From positions 38,133 to 102,132 of the forward strand of contig JAPLOI010000006.1 in NCBI GenBank assembly GCA_026400815.1: a stretch of 64,000 nt of DNA, given 5' to 3'. Under the pieces are notes generated by a model. It was not told the DNA's origin and ran no database searches. It was given only the letters and a program-made list of their open reading frames with translations. The stretch comes from Alphaproteobacteria bacterium (GTDB lineage: Bacteria; Pseudomonadota; Alphaproteobacteria; Acetobacterales; Acetobacteraceae). This document shows positions 49,786-59,494 of the stretch, in pieces. Position numbers and translations under genes: made by a program. Numbering within the stretch: the first letter of the stretch is position 1; every line of letters begins with the position of its first letter.

Positions 49786-51264
49786 ATGCCCCGCATCCTC
49801 GTCGCCTCCATCTTCCACGAGGCCCATTCCTTCTCCCCCCTCCTCACCTTCGAAAGCAGCTTCGTCGTCATGCGCGGCGCCGCCCTGCTCAAGAAGGCCG
49901 AAACCTCCGCCTCCGGCCTCGGCGGCGCCGTCCGCCGCCTCATCGCCATGGGCGCCACCCCCATCCCCGTCCTCTCCGCCGTCGCCCCACCCGGCGGCCT
50001 GATCGAGAACGGCATCTACGAAGCCTTTCGCGCCGAAATCCTCGCAGCCGCCCTCGCCGAGAAGCCAGACGGCATCTACCTCGACCTCCACGGCGCCATC
50101 GCCAGCCAGTCGATCGACGATTGCGAAGGTGACCTCATCGCCACCCTCTGCGCCGCCCTCCCCGCAACCCCCATCGCCGCCAGCTTCGACCTGCACGGCA
50201 ACATGACCCCCCGCCTGCTCGAAGCCGCCACCATTGCCGTCGCCTGCAAGCACAACCCGCATATCGATTACGACCAGGCCGGAGACCGCGCCGCCGAGCT
50301 CCTCATCCGCACCATCCGCGGCGAAATCCACCCCGTCATGGCCGCCGCCTGGGTCCCCATGCGCATGCTGGGCAAGGGCGCCACCGCCTCCGGCCCGCTC
50401 CGCCGCCTGCACGATCAGCGCGAATCCCTCGTCGCCGCCGATCCCGCCCTCTTGGATATGTCGCTGTTCAACGCCCAGGGCCCGCTCGATTCCGCCCCCT
50501 CCGGCCACTGCGTCATCGCGATAACCAACGCCAACCCCGAAGCCGCGCAACACGCCGCCGCCACCCTCGCCCACGCCACATGGAACGCGAAAGCCGAGTT
50601 CACGGCCGACTACCCGCCCCTCGCCCACGCCATCGCCGCCCGCACTCCCGGCCGCCCGCTCATCCTCGGCGACAACGGCGATCGCGTCCTCGCCGGCACC
50701 CCGGGGGACGGAACCCATATGCTGCATGAAATCGCCAAACACTGGCCGCACCTGAAATCGGCCATCCCGGTCACAGACCCGGCTGCCGCATCGGCCGCCC
50801 ACCGCGCCGGCCTCGGCGCAAAACTCCGCCTGTCCCTCGGCGGCACCTGGACCAGAACCGAACACCCCTTCGAGGCCACGTTCGAAGTGGTCCATCTCAG
50901 CGAGGGTGAATTCGTCCAGCGCGGCCCCTATTTGGCCGGCGAAACCGCCGACGTTGGCCCAACCGCCACGCTCAGAACCGGCAACATCACCATCATCGCC
51001 ACCACCCGCCCCGCCTGGTCGCAGGATCCGGAGCAGTTCGCCAGCGCCGGCATCGATCCCGCCACGCAGGATCTGGTGGTGGCAAAGTCAGGCTTCCACT
51101 TCCATTTGTCCTTCGCCCGCATCGGCGATTGTGTCTCGGTGGAAACCCCGGGCCTCTCCGGCACCGCTTCCGATGCCGGGGTCTTCCCGTTCCAACGCCG
51201 CCCAACCCTCTGGCCAGACGACCCCGGCCTGGTGCCCGATCTCGCCGCCCGCCTGTTCAGCTGA
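49786..51264 (+). CDS. M81 family metallopeptidase (MlrC/microcystinase C-like)
   Basis: MPRILVASIFHEAHSFSP is the N-terminus typical of MlrC-family proteins. The protein is 492 aa. Confidence 0.85.
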   Translation: MPRILVASIFHEAHSFSPLLTFESSFVVMRGAALLKKAETSASGLGGAVRRLIAMGATPIPVLSAVAPPGGLIENGIYEAFRAEILAAALAEKPDGIYLDLHGAIASQSIDDCEGDLIATLCAALPATPIAASFDLHGNMTPRLLEAATIAVACKHNPHIDYDQAGDRAAELLIRTIRGEIHPVMAAAWVPMRMLGKGATASGPLRRLHDQRESLVAADPALLDMSLFNAQGPLDSAPSGHCVIAITNANPEAAQHAAATLAHATWNAKAEFTADYPPLAHAIAARTPGRPLILGDNGDRVLAGTPGDGTHMLHEIAKHWPHLKSAIPVTDPAAASAAHRAGLGAKLRLSLGGTWTRTEHPFEATFEVVHLSEGEFVQRGPYLAGETADVGPTATLRTGNITIIATTRPAWSQDPEQFASAGIDPATQDLVVAKSGFHFHLSFARIGDCVSVETPGLSGTASDAGVFPFQRRPTLWPDDPGLVPDLAARLFS

Positions 51265-51532
51265 AGGCGAGCACCGCCTCGCGGAACTGCACCGTCGCCC
51301 CGTCCGGCAGCGTCATTACCGCCTCGCCCATCGGGGCATCGTCGGCCGTGAGGAAGGCCAGCCCGGCCATCCCCGGCCAGTCGCTGCGCATCGCAAAATC
51401 CACCACGCGGAACCCGCCGCCCGCCGTCACCGCGGCACCCATGGCCGGCAGCGTGGCCGTGCCCGCCATGCCGATCACGCCCTGAACCGTAGCCGTCTGA
51501 AGCGTGGCAATCCGAACCGATGAACCCGCCAT
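51257..51532 (-). CDS. Hypothetical 91-aa protein, last gene of the RraA/amidohydrolase operon
   Basis: The ATG at 51532 is preceded by GGGGAGG. Third codon positions are GC-rich. I recognise no family. The 3' end overlaps the convergent M81 gene by 8 nt. Confidence 0.55.
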   Translation of the reverse strand: MAGSSVRIATLQTATVQGVIGMAGTATLPAMGAAVTAGGGFRVVDFAMRSDWPGMAGLAFLTADDAPMGEAVMTLPDGATVQFREAVLAFS

Positions 51533-51608
51533 CCTGGCCTCCCCGTGCTGCACGGGCCGTGTGCCCGCACCACGATCCTGGGGGAAACCCGTTACCGATT
51601 TCCTAACG

Positions 51609-52469
51609 CTAGACCTGCAGCCCGCCATGCCACCAATGTTCGAAGGGATTGCTGTGGATGATAGAATCGATCGTCACCTGCGCAATACGCGGCAAATTGG
51701 TCCCCTCCACCAAATGGTTGATCCCGCGCAGCCCCGCCAGGGATTCCTCCACCTCCGCATACGGGAAGTCGGTGCCCCAGAAGATCTTGTTGCGGTCATG
51801 TATGGTGTATTCCTGCGCTGCCATCAGGATATTGTAGAACTGCCACGGCCGGTAGTGCAGCGCGGAGACCTCGCAATACACATTCGGCTGCTTGCGGGCG
51901 ATCACCACGCATTCCTCGTACCAGGGGTGCCCCATATGGGCCATCACCATCTTCAGGTCCGGGTAGCGCAGCGCCACCTCTTCCACATGGATCGGCCGCC
52001 CATAATCCGCCGGCGCATTGCGGGCATAGGTGGTGCCCATATGCATCGTCAGCGGCAGGTTGTGCTTCACCAGGAACCGGTAGAACGGATCCAGCCGCGG
52101 GTCCTGCAACGAAACCCCGTTGTAGATCGGCCCGAACTTCACGCCCTTCAGCTTCAGATCCAGGATCGCATGTTCCAGCAACTCCATGGCATCAGCCCGC
52201 CTTGGATCCAGCGCCGCGAACCCCACGAACTTGTCCGGATACTTTGCCACCGCCGCCGCGGTCACTTCATCATCCCCGTCCACGCCGGTGGAATCCGCAT
52301 ACCGCAACGAAAAGATGATCGCCTTGTCCACGCCCTTCATCGCCGCATACAGCGTGTCGGCATCCGCTTTGTAGCCAATGGAACCCGGCCGCGCGAACTG
52401 CGTCTGCTCCCGCATCAGCGGCGTCACATGCCGGTCCTCGAAGATGTTCACATGGCAATCGACGATCAC
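51609..52469 (-). CDS. Amidohydrolase-2 (ACMSD/LigI-like metal-dependent hydrolase/decarboxylase) family protein
   Basis: IVDCHVNIF (the HxH metal site near the N-terminus), MHMG, MAHMGHPW and WGTDFPY are present. I chose the GTG start at 52469, which has ACGGAG upstream. Confidence 0.85.
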   Translation of the reverse strand: MIVDCHVNIFEDRHVTPLMREQTQFARPGSIGYKADADTLYAAMKGVDKAIIFSLRYADSTGVDGDDEVTAAAVAKYPDKFVGFAALDPRRADAMELLEHAILDLKLKGVKFGPIYNGVSLQDPRLDPFYRFLVKHNLPLTMHMGTTYARNAPADYGRPIHVEEVALRYPDLKMVMAHMGHPWYEECVVIARKQPNVYCEVSALHYRPWQFYNILMAAQEYTIHDRNKIFWGTDFPYAEVEESLAGLRGINHLVEGTNLPRIAQVTIDSIIHSNPFEHWWHGGLQV

Positions 52470-52536
52470 TGCTTTGCACTCCGTGCGAGCGAGCGATTCA
52501 CGCCCTCCGACCTTCGGCCTCCGGGCGATCGCACGC

Positions 52537-53190
52537 TCAGAGAACTCCGTACTTCGCGAACACATCCCCAAGCTTCATCCCCGCCTGCAGGTCGGCCAGC
52601 GTGGAATGCTCGCCCTTCAGCTTCTCGAATGCCGCTGCGATCACCTCCTTCTCGATCGCCTGCGGCACCACCACCACGCCATCGGCATCGCCGAACACCA
52701 GATCGCCGGTCGTCACCTTCACGCCCGCGATTTCCACCGGCACATCCAGCGAGATGATCTTGCCCCGCCCCCTGCTGTCCAGCGGCCCGATCCCGCCGGC
52801 GAACACCGGAAACTGCATCGCCCGGATCGCCCTTATGTCCCGCGTCAGCCCATCCATCAGCGCGCCAGCCGCCCCGCGCGCCTTCGAAGCCGTGCTGAGC
52901 AACTCGCCCCACGGCGCAATGCGGCCCGTGGCGCCGCAGGAGAAGCACGGGATTTCGCCGGGCTTCAGGCTGTCGATCAGCTGGATCTCCAGCTCATACG
53001 GATTCTCATCCTCCTTCACGTGGTACTGGTCCGCGAACAGTGCCGTCCGCGCCCGCCCCACCATCACCAGGCTCTCGTCCAGCGGCCGGATGCGCGGCGG
53101 CATCGCCTGGTGCCAGGTGCCCAGCGCGTCCATCACGTCGGACAGCAGCGAGCAGAACAACGTGTCCTTGATCTTGGCGAGGTCGGTCAT
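52537..53190 (-). CDS. RraA family protein (HMG/CHA aldolase-like)
   Basis: LLSDVMDALG, GELLSTASKARGAAGALMDGLTRD and GDLVFGDADGVVVVP match the family. Confidence 0.85.
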   Translation of the reverse strand: MTDLAKIKDTLFCSLLSDVMDALGTWHQAMPPRIRPLDESLVMVGRARTALFADQYHVKEDENPYELEIQLIDSLKPGEIPCFSCGATGRIAPWGELLSTASKARGAAGALMDGLTRDIRAIRAMQFPVFAGGIGPLDSRGRGKIISLDVPVEIAGVKVTTGDLVFGDADGVVVVPQAIEKEVIAAAFEKLKGEHSTLADLQAGMKLGDVFAKYGVL

Positions 53191-53287
53191 GGCCGCATTC
53201 CCTTGCGTTTCCCGCGATGATGCGGCGCCCCCCGGTTGACGCGCAAGCCGTGCCAGCCTCCGATGCGGGGGCAACGGAGCATTCGAC

Positions 53288-54289
53288 ATGGCAGTGATGG
53301 TCACCGGCGGCACTGGCTTCGTCGGCCTCAACCTCGTCCACGCCCTGCTCGAACGCGGCGAGCACGTGGTAGTCGCGGCCCTCGATGACATCCCCGCCCC
53401 CGCCCAACGCGCCTTCGCCAGGCTGCCGGGGAAAGTGGAAGCGATCCGCGCCGACATCCGCAACATCACCGCCGACCCCGATGCCTTCGCCGGCGTCATG
53501 AAGCGCCACGGCGTCGACCGCCTGTTCCCCTTCGCCGCCATCACCTCCGGCCCGGCGCGGGAGGCGGAGGTGCCGGAGCTGGTGATCCAGGTGAACCTCC
53601 TCGGCTTCATCGCCCAGCTCCGCGCCGCCCGCGCGGCGGGCGTGAAGCGCATCATCGCCCCCAGCTCCGCCTCCGCCTATGGCGACGCCTTCTTCGCCCA
53701 CGCTTTGCTGAACGAGACAGATACACCCACCATCCCGAACGGCGTCTATGGCGTCACCAAATACGCCGTGGAACGCAGCGGCCTGCGCCTGGGCGAATTG
53801 TGGGAGCTGGACGTGATCGCCGCCCGCATCGGCAGCGTCTTCGGCCCGTGGGAACGCGACACCGGCCTGCGCGACATGATCGGCCCGCACCACTACCTCG
53901 CCCGCCTCGCCGTCGCCGGGCAGGAGGCCGTGCTGCCGGCCGCACTCCCCGTCCAGGCCTGGGTCTACGGCCCCGATGTCGCCAGCGGCCTGCTGCATTT
54001 GCTGGACATGAAGGCGCCGCCGCACCGCGTCTTCAACATCTGCTCCGGCGAGATGTGGGGCGAAGTGATGCTGCGCTGGGCCGAAACCCTGGCCGCCCGC
54101 CACCCCGCCTTCCGCTGGCGTCGCTCGGCCAATGAGGCAGAGGTCAACGTGCGCTTCCCCGAACGCCGCCCGCGCGGCCGGATGGATATCGCCCGCATCC
54201 AGTCCACCGGCTGGCAGCCAGACTACGGCCCCGAAGCCGCCTACGCCCACTACGCCGACTGGCTCAGCGCCTACCCGGACGCCCTGTAG
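53288..54289 (+). CDS. NAD-dependent epimerase/dehydratase family protein
   Basis: MVTGGTGFVGLNLVHALLERG and the YGVTK catalytic motif (YxxxK) are present. Confidence 0.85.
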   Translation: MAVMVTGGTGFVGLNLVHALLERGEHVVVAALDDIPAPAQRAFARLPGKVEAIRADIRNITADPDAFAGVMKRHGVDRLFPFAAITSGPAREAEVPELVIQVNLLGFIAQLRAARAAGVKRIIAPSSASAYGDAFFAHALLNETDTPTIPNGVYGVTKYAVERSGLRLGELWELDVIAARIGSVFGPWERDTGLRDMIGPHHYLARLAVAGQEAVLPAALPVQAWVYGPDVASGLLHLLDMKAPPHRVFNICSGEMWGEVMLRWAETLAARHPAFRWRRSANEAEVNVRFPERRPRGRMDIARIQSTGWQPDYGPEAAYAHYADWLSAYPDAL

Positions 54290-55532
54290 CCCAGGGCCGC
54301 AGCAGCGCCAGCCCCGGTGCGCTGCGCAGCTGGGCGAGCACGAGCACGACCAGCACCGCGACAAGCCACCACCATGCCAGCTGCTGCACGCCCCAGAGCA
54401 GCAGGCGCGGGGCCGATGGGTGGTCCAGCGTATCCGGGGCGAGGTTCGCCACCAGCCGGCGTAGCGCCGGCTCCCACATCAGCAGGGCGGCGATCCATCC
54501 GGCGTGGCGTGCGGCGGGCAGGGCGAGCAGGCCGGGGAGTGCGGGCAGCAGCAGGATAGCGCGATAATCGATGTTCTCGCCGGCCAGGAAGCACGCGGCC
54601 ACCAGCAGCCCCGCCACCAGCAGGAGAGTCTTCGTTTCGTCAGGCAGCATGGCGAGAGCGGCGCGGAGCCCGGGCATGCGGGCCAGCCGCCATGCCGCAA
54701 GGGCGGCTACGGCAAGCCCTGCCCCCAGCGCCAGCCCCGCCAGGAGCGGCGAGGCGGTGAGCTGCATCACGCCGCGCGGCAGATTGTGGGCGGCAAAGCT
54801 GCCCCAGAACACCGCCTGGATGGGGATGTTGGAGATGGCCTGCCGCGTCTCATCGCCGAAGGTGCCCAGGGTAGCGCGCAGGATAGCGGCAGCGACGAGC
54901 ACCAGCGCGAACAGCACGTGCGGCCGTTCGCGCAGCAGCAGCGCCAGCAGGGCCAACGGGTAGAACTTCAACAGCCCGCCCACCAGGAACAGCCCATGCC
55001 CCACGAAACGCAAGGCCGAGGTGCGAGCCAGCAACATCGCGCCCGGCACGACCAGCAGGAAGATCAGCAGGTCCAGATTGGCACGCTCCAGTGCGAAGGC
55101 CGTCACGGGCGAGACCACCGCCAGCAGCATCGCTGCCTCTGACCGGCCACGCGGTGCTGCGGGCAGCCAGAACAGGGCGAGGGCGAAGGACAGTGCCAAG
55201 CCCAGGCCGAAGACCGGGAGCAGCGCCGGGTCGCTGAACAGGGTCGGCAGGCGTAGCCAGAGCGGGGAGTAGATGTGCCGGCGGCCATACTCGTCGCAGG
55301 GGTTGGTGACATACACATCGACGCCGCGATGCGCGCATTCGATGGCGGACATCACTGCGTGCAGGTCGAGGAACGGCGTGTAGGGCTTCATCCCGGCCGC
55401 CACGCGCAGGCGGAAATAGGCGTCACCGCCGAAGGCTACCAGTGCCGCCACCGCCCCGATCGCAGCGAGTACGGCCAGGGCCGGGGCCGCGCCTCGCAGC
55501 CGCGAGAGAGGGGGCAGGGCGCCCTGCCTCAT
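54264..55532 (-). CDS. Polytopic membrane protein, possibly a GT-C-like (DUF2029-type) glycosyltransferase
   Basis: The 422-aa protein has roughly 10-12 hydrophobic segments. Its ATG overlaps the prpE stop (ATGA). The family assignment is tentative. Confidence 0.6.
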   Translation of the reverse strand: MRQGALPPLSRLRGAAPALAVLAAIGAVAALVAFGGDAYFRLRVAAGMKPYTPFLDLHAVMSAIECAHRGVDVYVTNPCDEYGRRHIYSPLWLRLPTLFSDPALLPVFGLGLALSFALALFWLPAAPRGRSEAAMLLAVVSPVTAFALERANLDLLIFLLVVPGAMLLARTSALRFVGHGLFLVGGLLKFYPLALLALLLRERPHVLFALVLVAAAILRATLGTFGDETRQAISNIPIQAVFWGSFAAHNLPRGVMQLTASPLLAGLALGAGLAVAALAAWRLARMPGLRAALAMLPDETKTLLLVAGLLVAACFLAGENIDYRAILLLPALPGLLALPAARHAGWIAALLMWEPALRRLVANLAPDTLDHPSAPRLLLWGVQQLAWWWLVAVLVVLVLAQLRSAPGLALLRPWATGRPGRR

Positions 55533-57421
55533 GCGGCGGGCTTGCCCAGGGCGGCCCCGATCTCGTCCAGGATCGCGGGGTCGTCGATCGTGGCCGGCGC
55601 ATTGGCCGGCTGCCCATCGGCGATGCGGCGGATGGAGGCGCGCAGGATCTTGCCGGACCGCGTCTTGGGCAGGCGCTTGACCACGCGGGCATCCTTGAAG
55701 GCGGCCACGGGGCCGATCCGGTCGCGCACCAGGGCGACGAGCTCGCGCAGGATCACCGCCTCATCCGTGTTCACGCCGGCCTTGAGCACAACAAGGCCGA
55801 GCGGCACCTGGCCCTTGAGATCATCGGCGGCACCGACCACGGCGCATTCGGCCACGGCGGGGTGGGCGGCCAGCACCTCCTCCATCGCACCGGTGGAAAG
55901 GCGGTGGCCGGCGACGTTGATGATGTCGTCGGTGCGGCCCATCACCCACACGTCGCCGTCTTCGTCGATCACGCCGGCATCGCCGGTGCGGTACCAGCCC
56001 GCGTAGTCCGACAGGTAGGAGGTGCGGTAGCCGTCGTCGTTGTTCCACAACGTGGGCGCGGCGCCGGGGGGCATGGGCAGCCTCACCACCAGATTGCCGG
56101 CGGTGCCGCGCGGCAGCAGCTTGCCGTCATCATCCAGCGCCTGCACGTCGTAGCCCGGGGAGGGGCGGCCGCCGGCGCCGGGCTTGGCGGGGAACAGGCC
56201 GAGGCCGCGGAAGCCGGCGGTGATGGCCCAGCCGGTTTCGGTCTGCCACCAGTGATCGACCACGGGGATCTGCAGTTGCTCGGCGGCCCAGATCGCCGTC
56301 GGCGGATCGCAGCGCTCGCCGGCGAGGTAGAGGGCTTCCAGCTTCGACAGGTCGTATGTCTGGCGCAGCTTGCCCTCGGGGTCCTGCTGCTTGATGGCGC
56401 GCAGCGCGGTGGGGGCGGTGAACAGCACGCGCACGCCGTGCTGGGCGCACACGCGCCAGAAAGCGCCGGCATCGGGCGTGCCGACCGGCTTGCCCTCGTA
56501 CATCACGGAGGTGCAGCCGGCGAGGAGCGGGGCGTAGATGATGTAGGAATGACCCACCACCCAGCCCACGTCGCTGGCGGACCAGTACACATCGCCGGGC
56601 TCCACGCCGTAGATCATGCGCATGGAATGGAGCAGCGCCACGGCGTGGCCGCCGGTGTCGCGCACCACGCCCTTGGGCTTTCCGGTCGTGCCGGAGGTGT
56701 AGAGGATGTAGAGCGGATCGGTGGCCCGCACCGGCACGGGATCGGCGGGTGAAGCGGCGGCCTCGGCGGCGGCAAAATCGTGGTCGCGGCCTGGGGTGAG
56801 GGCGGCCGCGGCCTGCTGGCGTTGGAACACCAGGCAGGCCTGCGGCTTGTGGGTGCTGAACTCGATCGCCTGGTCGACCATCGGCTTGTAGGCCACCACG
56901 CGCCCGGGCTCGAGCCCGCAGGAGGCGCAGACGATCAGCTTGGGCTCTGCGTCCTCGATGCGCTTGGCCAGTTCCGCCGCGGCGAAACCGCCGAACACCA
57001 CGGAGTGGATGGCGCCGAGGCGGGCGCAGGCGAGCATGGTGATGGCGGCCTCGGGGATCATCGGCATGTAGATCACCACGCGGTCGCCTTTCTGCACGCC
57101 CAGGGCACGCAGGGCGCCGGCCACCTTCGCGGTGCGGTCGCGCAGCTGTTCGTAGGTGAAGGTTTCGACCACGCCCGTCATCGCGCTGTCCCAGATCAGC
57201 GCGGGCTGGTTGCCGCGGCCGGCGGCGACGTGGCGGTCGAGCGCGTTGGCGCAGGTGTTCAACTCGCCGCCGGCGAACCACTGGCCGTAGGGGCCCATCG
57301 CGGGATCGAACACGCGATCCCACGGGCGGGTCCAATCGAGGCTCTGGGCGGCCTCGGCCCAGAAAGCCTGCGGATCGCGCTGCCAGTCGGCGATGGTCTG
57401 GTCATAGGATTTCTGGGGCAT
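55529..57421 (-). CDS. prpE: Propionate--CoA ligase (acyl-CoA synthetase, Acs/PrpE family)
   Basis: DPQAFWAEAAQSLDWTRPW, YTSGTTGKPKGV and the C-terminal KTRSGKILR are present. The protein is 630 aa from the ATG at 57421. Confidence 0.8.
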   Translation of the reverse strand: MPQKSYDQTIADWQRDPQAFWAEAAQSLDWTRPWDRVFDPAMGPYGQWFAGGELNTCANALDRHVAAGRGNQPALIWDSAMTGVVETFTYEQLRDRTAKVAGALRALGVQKGDRVVIYMPMIPEAAITMLACARLGAIHSVVFGGFAAAELAKRIEDAEPKLIVCASCGLEPGRVVAYKPMVDQAIEFSTHKPQACLVFQRQQAAAALTPGRDHDFAAAEAAASPADPVPVRATDPLYILYTSGTTGKPKGVVRDTGGHAVALLHSMRMIYGVEPGDVYWSASDVGWVVGHSYIIYAPLLAGCTSVMYEGKPVGTPDAGAFWRVCAQHGVRVLFTAPTALRAIKQQDPEGKLRQTYDLSKLEALYLAGERCDPPTAIWAAEQLQIPVVDHWWQTETGWAITAGFRGLGLFPAKPGAGGRPSPGYDVQALDDDGKLLPRGTAGNLVVRLPMPPGAAPTLWNNDDGYRTSYLSDYAGWYRTGDAGVIDEDGDVWVMGRTDDIINVAGHRLSTGAMEEVLAAHPAVAECAVVGAADDLKGQVPLGLVVLKAGVNTDEAVILRELVALVRDRIGPVAAFKDARVVKRLPKTRSGKILRASIRRIADGQPANAPATIDDPAILDEIGAALGKPAA

Positions 57422-57539
57422 GGCGTCCTCCGGCGTTGCATCATTTTGCCACGCGGGGGGGGCGGGCGGCAAACCGGGCCACGAAAAAGCGCCGGGGGTT
57501 GCCCCCCGGCGCCGTTCAGGCTTCGCGATGCAGCAGGGC

Positions 57540-59219
57540 TCAGGCCCGGCCGTCTTCGAAGATGTCGCGGTCCTTGGTTTCCGGCACGAAGAACAGGCCA
57601 ATCACCACCGTGGCGAGGGCGATCACGATCGGGTACCAAAGCCCGTAGTACACGTCGCCGGTTTGCGCGATCATGGCGAACGCGGTGGCCGGCATCAGCC
57701 CGCCGAACCAGCCATTGCCGATGTGGTAGGGCAGCGACATGGAGGTGTAGCGGATGCGGGTGGGGAACATCTCCACCAGCGCCGCGGCGATCGGGCCGTA
57801 GACCATGGTGACGTAGATCACCAGGATGGTGAGGATGCCGATCAGCACCGCCGGCTGTTCGCGGAAGATGTCGAACGCGCCGGACATCTTCACCACCGAC
57901 GGGTTGGACGCCGCGGGGTAGCCGGCCTTGGTGATCGCGGCGCCGAGCACGGCGGGGAAGTTCGCGATGTTGCCGGCGATCGGGGCCTCGTTCCCAATCT
58001 TCACCGAGGCGACGGTGCCGGCGGGTGCCGGATCGACCTTATAATTCACCGAGAGGCGGGCGAGGTTGGCCTTCACGATGTCGCAGGGCTCGGTGAACTT
58101 CGCCGTGCCGACCGGGTTGAACTGGAAGGAGCAGGTGGCGGGATCTGCCAGCACGCGCACGGTGATGGTTTCGTGCGCCTTGGTCAGCGCCGGGTTGGCC
58201 TCTGCCGACATCAGCTTGAACAGCGGGAAGTAGGTGAGGGCGGCGAGCAGGCAGCCGCCGAGGATGATCGGCTTGCGGCCGATCTTGTCGGACAGCCAGC
58301 CGAACAGCACGAAGCCGCCGGAGCCGAGGACCAGCGAATAGGCGATCAGCAGGTTGGTGGTGAAGACATCGACCTTCAGCACCGAGCCGAGGAAGAACAG
58401 GGCGTAGAACTGCCCGGTGTACCACACCACGGCCTGGCCCATGACCATGCCGAGCAGGGCGAACAGCGCGATCTTGGCATTCTTCCACTGGCCGAAGGCT
58501 TCGCTGAGCGGCGCCTTGGAGTGGGTGCCTTCCTCCTTCATCTTCTGGAAGGCCGGGCTTTCCTGCATCTGCATGCGGATCCAGACCGAGATGACCAGCA
58601 GCACGGCGGAGAGCAGGAAGGGAACGCGCCAACCCCAGTCGGCAAAGTCCTTCTCGCCCAGGGCCACGCGGGTGCTGAGAATGACGATGAGCGACAGGAA
58701 CAGTCCGGCGGTGGCCGTGATCTGGATGAAGCTGGTGTAGAAGCCGCGCCGGTTGTTGGGCGCGTGCTCGGCCACGTAGGTGGCGGCACCGCCGTATTCG
58801 CCGCCGAGGGCCAGGCCCTGGAGCATGCGCAGCACGATGAGCGCGATCGGCGCAAGGATGCCGATCTGGTCGGAGGTGGGCAGGATGCCGACCACGAAGG
58901 TGGAGGCGCCCATGATCAGGATTGTGACGAGGAAGGTGTATTTGCGGCCCACGAGGTCACCCAGGCGGCCGAACACCAGCGCGCCGAAGGGGCGCACCAG
59001 GAAGCCGGCGGCGAAGGCGAGCAGGGCGAAGATGTTGCGGGTGGTCTCATCGAACTGGCTGAAGAACTTCACCGCGATCACGGCCGCGAGCGACCCGTAG
59101 AGGTAGAAGTCGTACCATTCGAAGACGGTGCCGAGCGAGGAGGCCACGATGACCTTTCGTTCCTCCTTGCTCATGGGCCTGATCGCGTGCGATCCGGCCG
59201 TGGTCGTGGACTGGGACAT
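57540..59219 (-). CDS. MFS transporter, metabolite:H+ symporter (MHS) family, with a ~118-aa soluble insertion
   Basis: GTVFEWYDFYLYG, GRLGDLVGRK and GGEYGGAATYVAEHAP match MHS transporters. A non-hydrophobic insert spans about aa 338-455. Confidence 0.9.
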   Translation of the reverse strand: MSQSTTTAGSHAIRPMSKEERKVIVASSLGTVFEWYDFYLYGSLAAVIAVKFFSQFDETTRNIFALLAFAAGFLVRPFGALVFGRLGDLVGRKYTFLVTILIMGASTFVVGILPTSDQIGILAPIALIVLRMLQGLALGGEYGGAATYVAEHAPNNRRGFYTSFIQITATAGLFLSLIVILSTRVALGEKDFADWGWRVPFLLSAVLLVISVWIRMQMQESPAFQKMKEEGTHSKAPLSEAFGQWKNAKIALFALLGMVMGQAVVWYTGQFYALFFLGSVLKVDVFTTNLLIAYSLVLGSGGFVLFGWLSDKIGRKPIILGGCLLAALTYFPLFKLMSAEANPALTKAHETITVRVLADPATCSFQFNPVGTAKFTEPCDIVKANLARLSVNYKVDPAPAGTVASVKIGNEAPIAGNIANFPAVLGAAITKAGYPAASNPSVVKMSGAFDIFREQPAVLIGILTILVIYVTMVYGPIAAALVEMFPTRIRYTSMSLPYHIGNGWFGGLMPATAFAMIAQTGDVYYGLWYPIVIALATVVIGLFFVPETKDRDIFEDGRA

Positions 59220-59494
59220 CTGTGGGTGCCGCTCCTCGCTGAGGCCATTGTGTCGGCCGCATTACCTACAATTCACGCTCTTGTGAGTTATTTCGATGTT
59301 TTGCAACTCAAATCTCAATTCGTGGCACCGGCGGCGCGAAGGCCGCGGGCGGCCGGGTTGGCGCGGGGGAAGCCGCATGACGGAAGGTTAATCCAATGCC
59401 GCAACAGCGCCATGGTTGCGCCGTTTGGCCGCCATTGGCGGGGCGCCTTATCGCGTTGTCAGGCAATCCTGCCGACACCCGGAGAGACCACAAG

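Noticed and set aside
47500-49800. A mobile-element gene (integrase, transposase or recombinase) or a tRNA attachment site associated with the PEP-CTERM cassette.
   Set aside because: No ORF in any frame shows DDE, tyrosine- or serine-recombinase motifs, and no cloverleaf-like sequence is present. The cassette appears to be defined only by its direct repeats.
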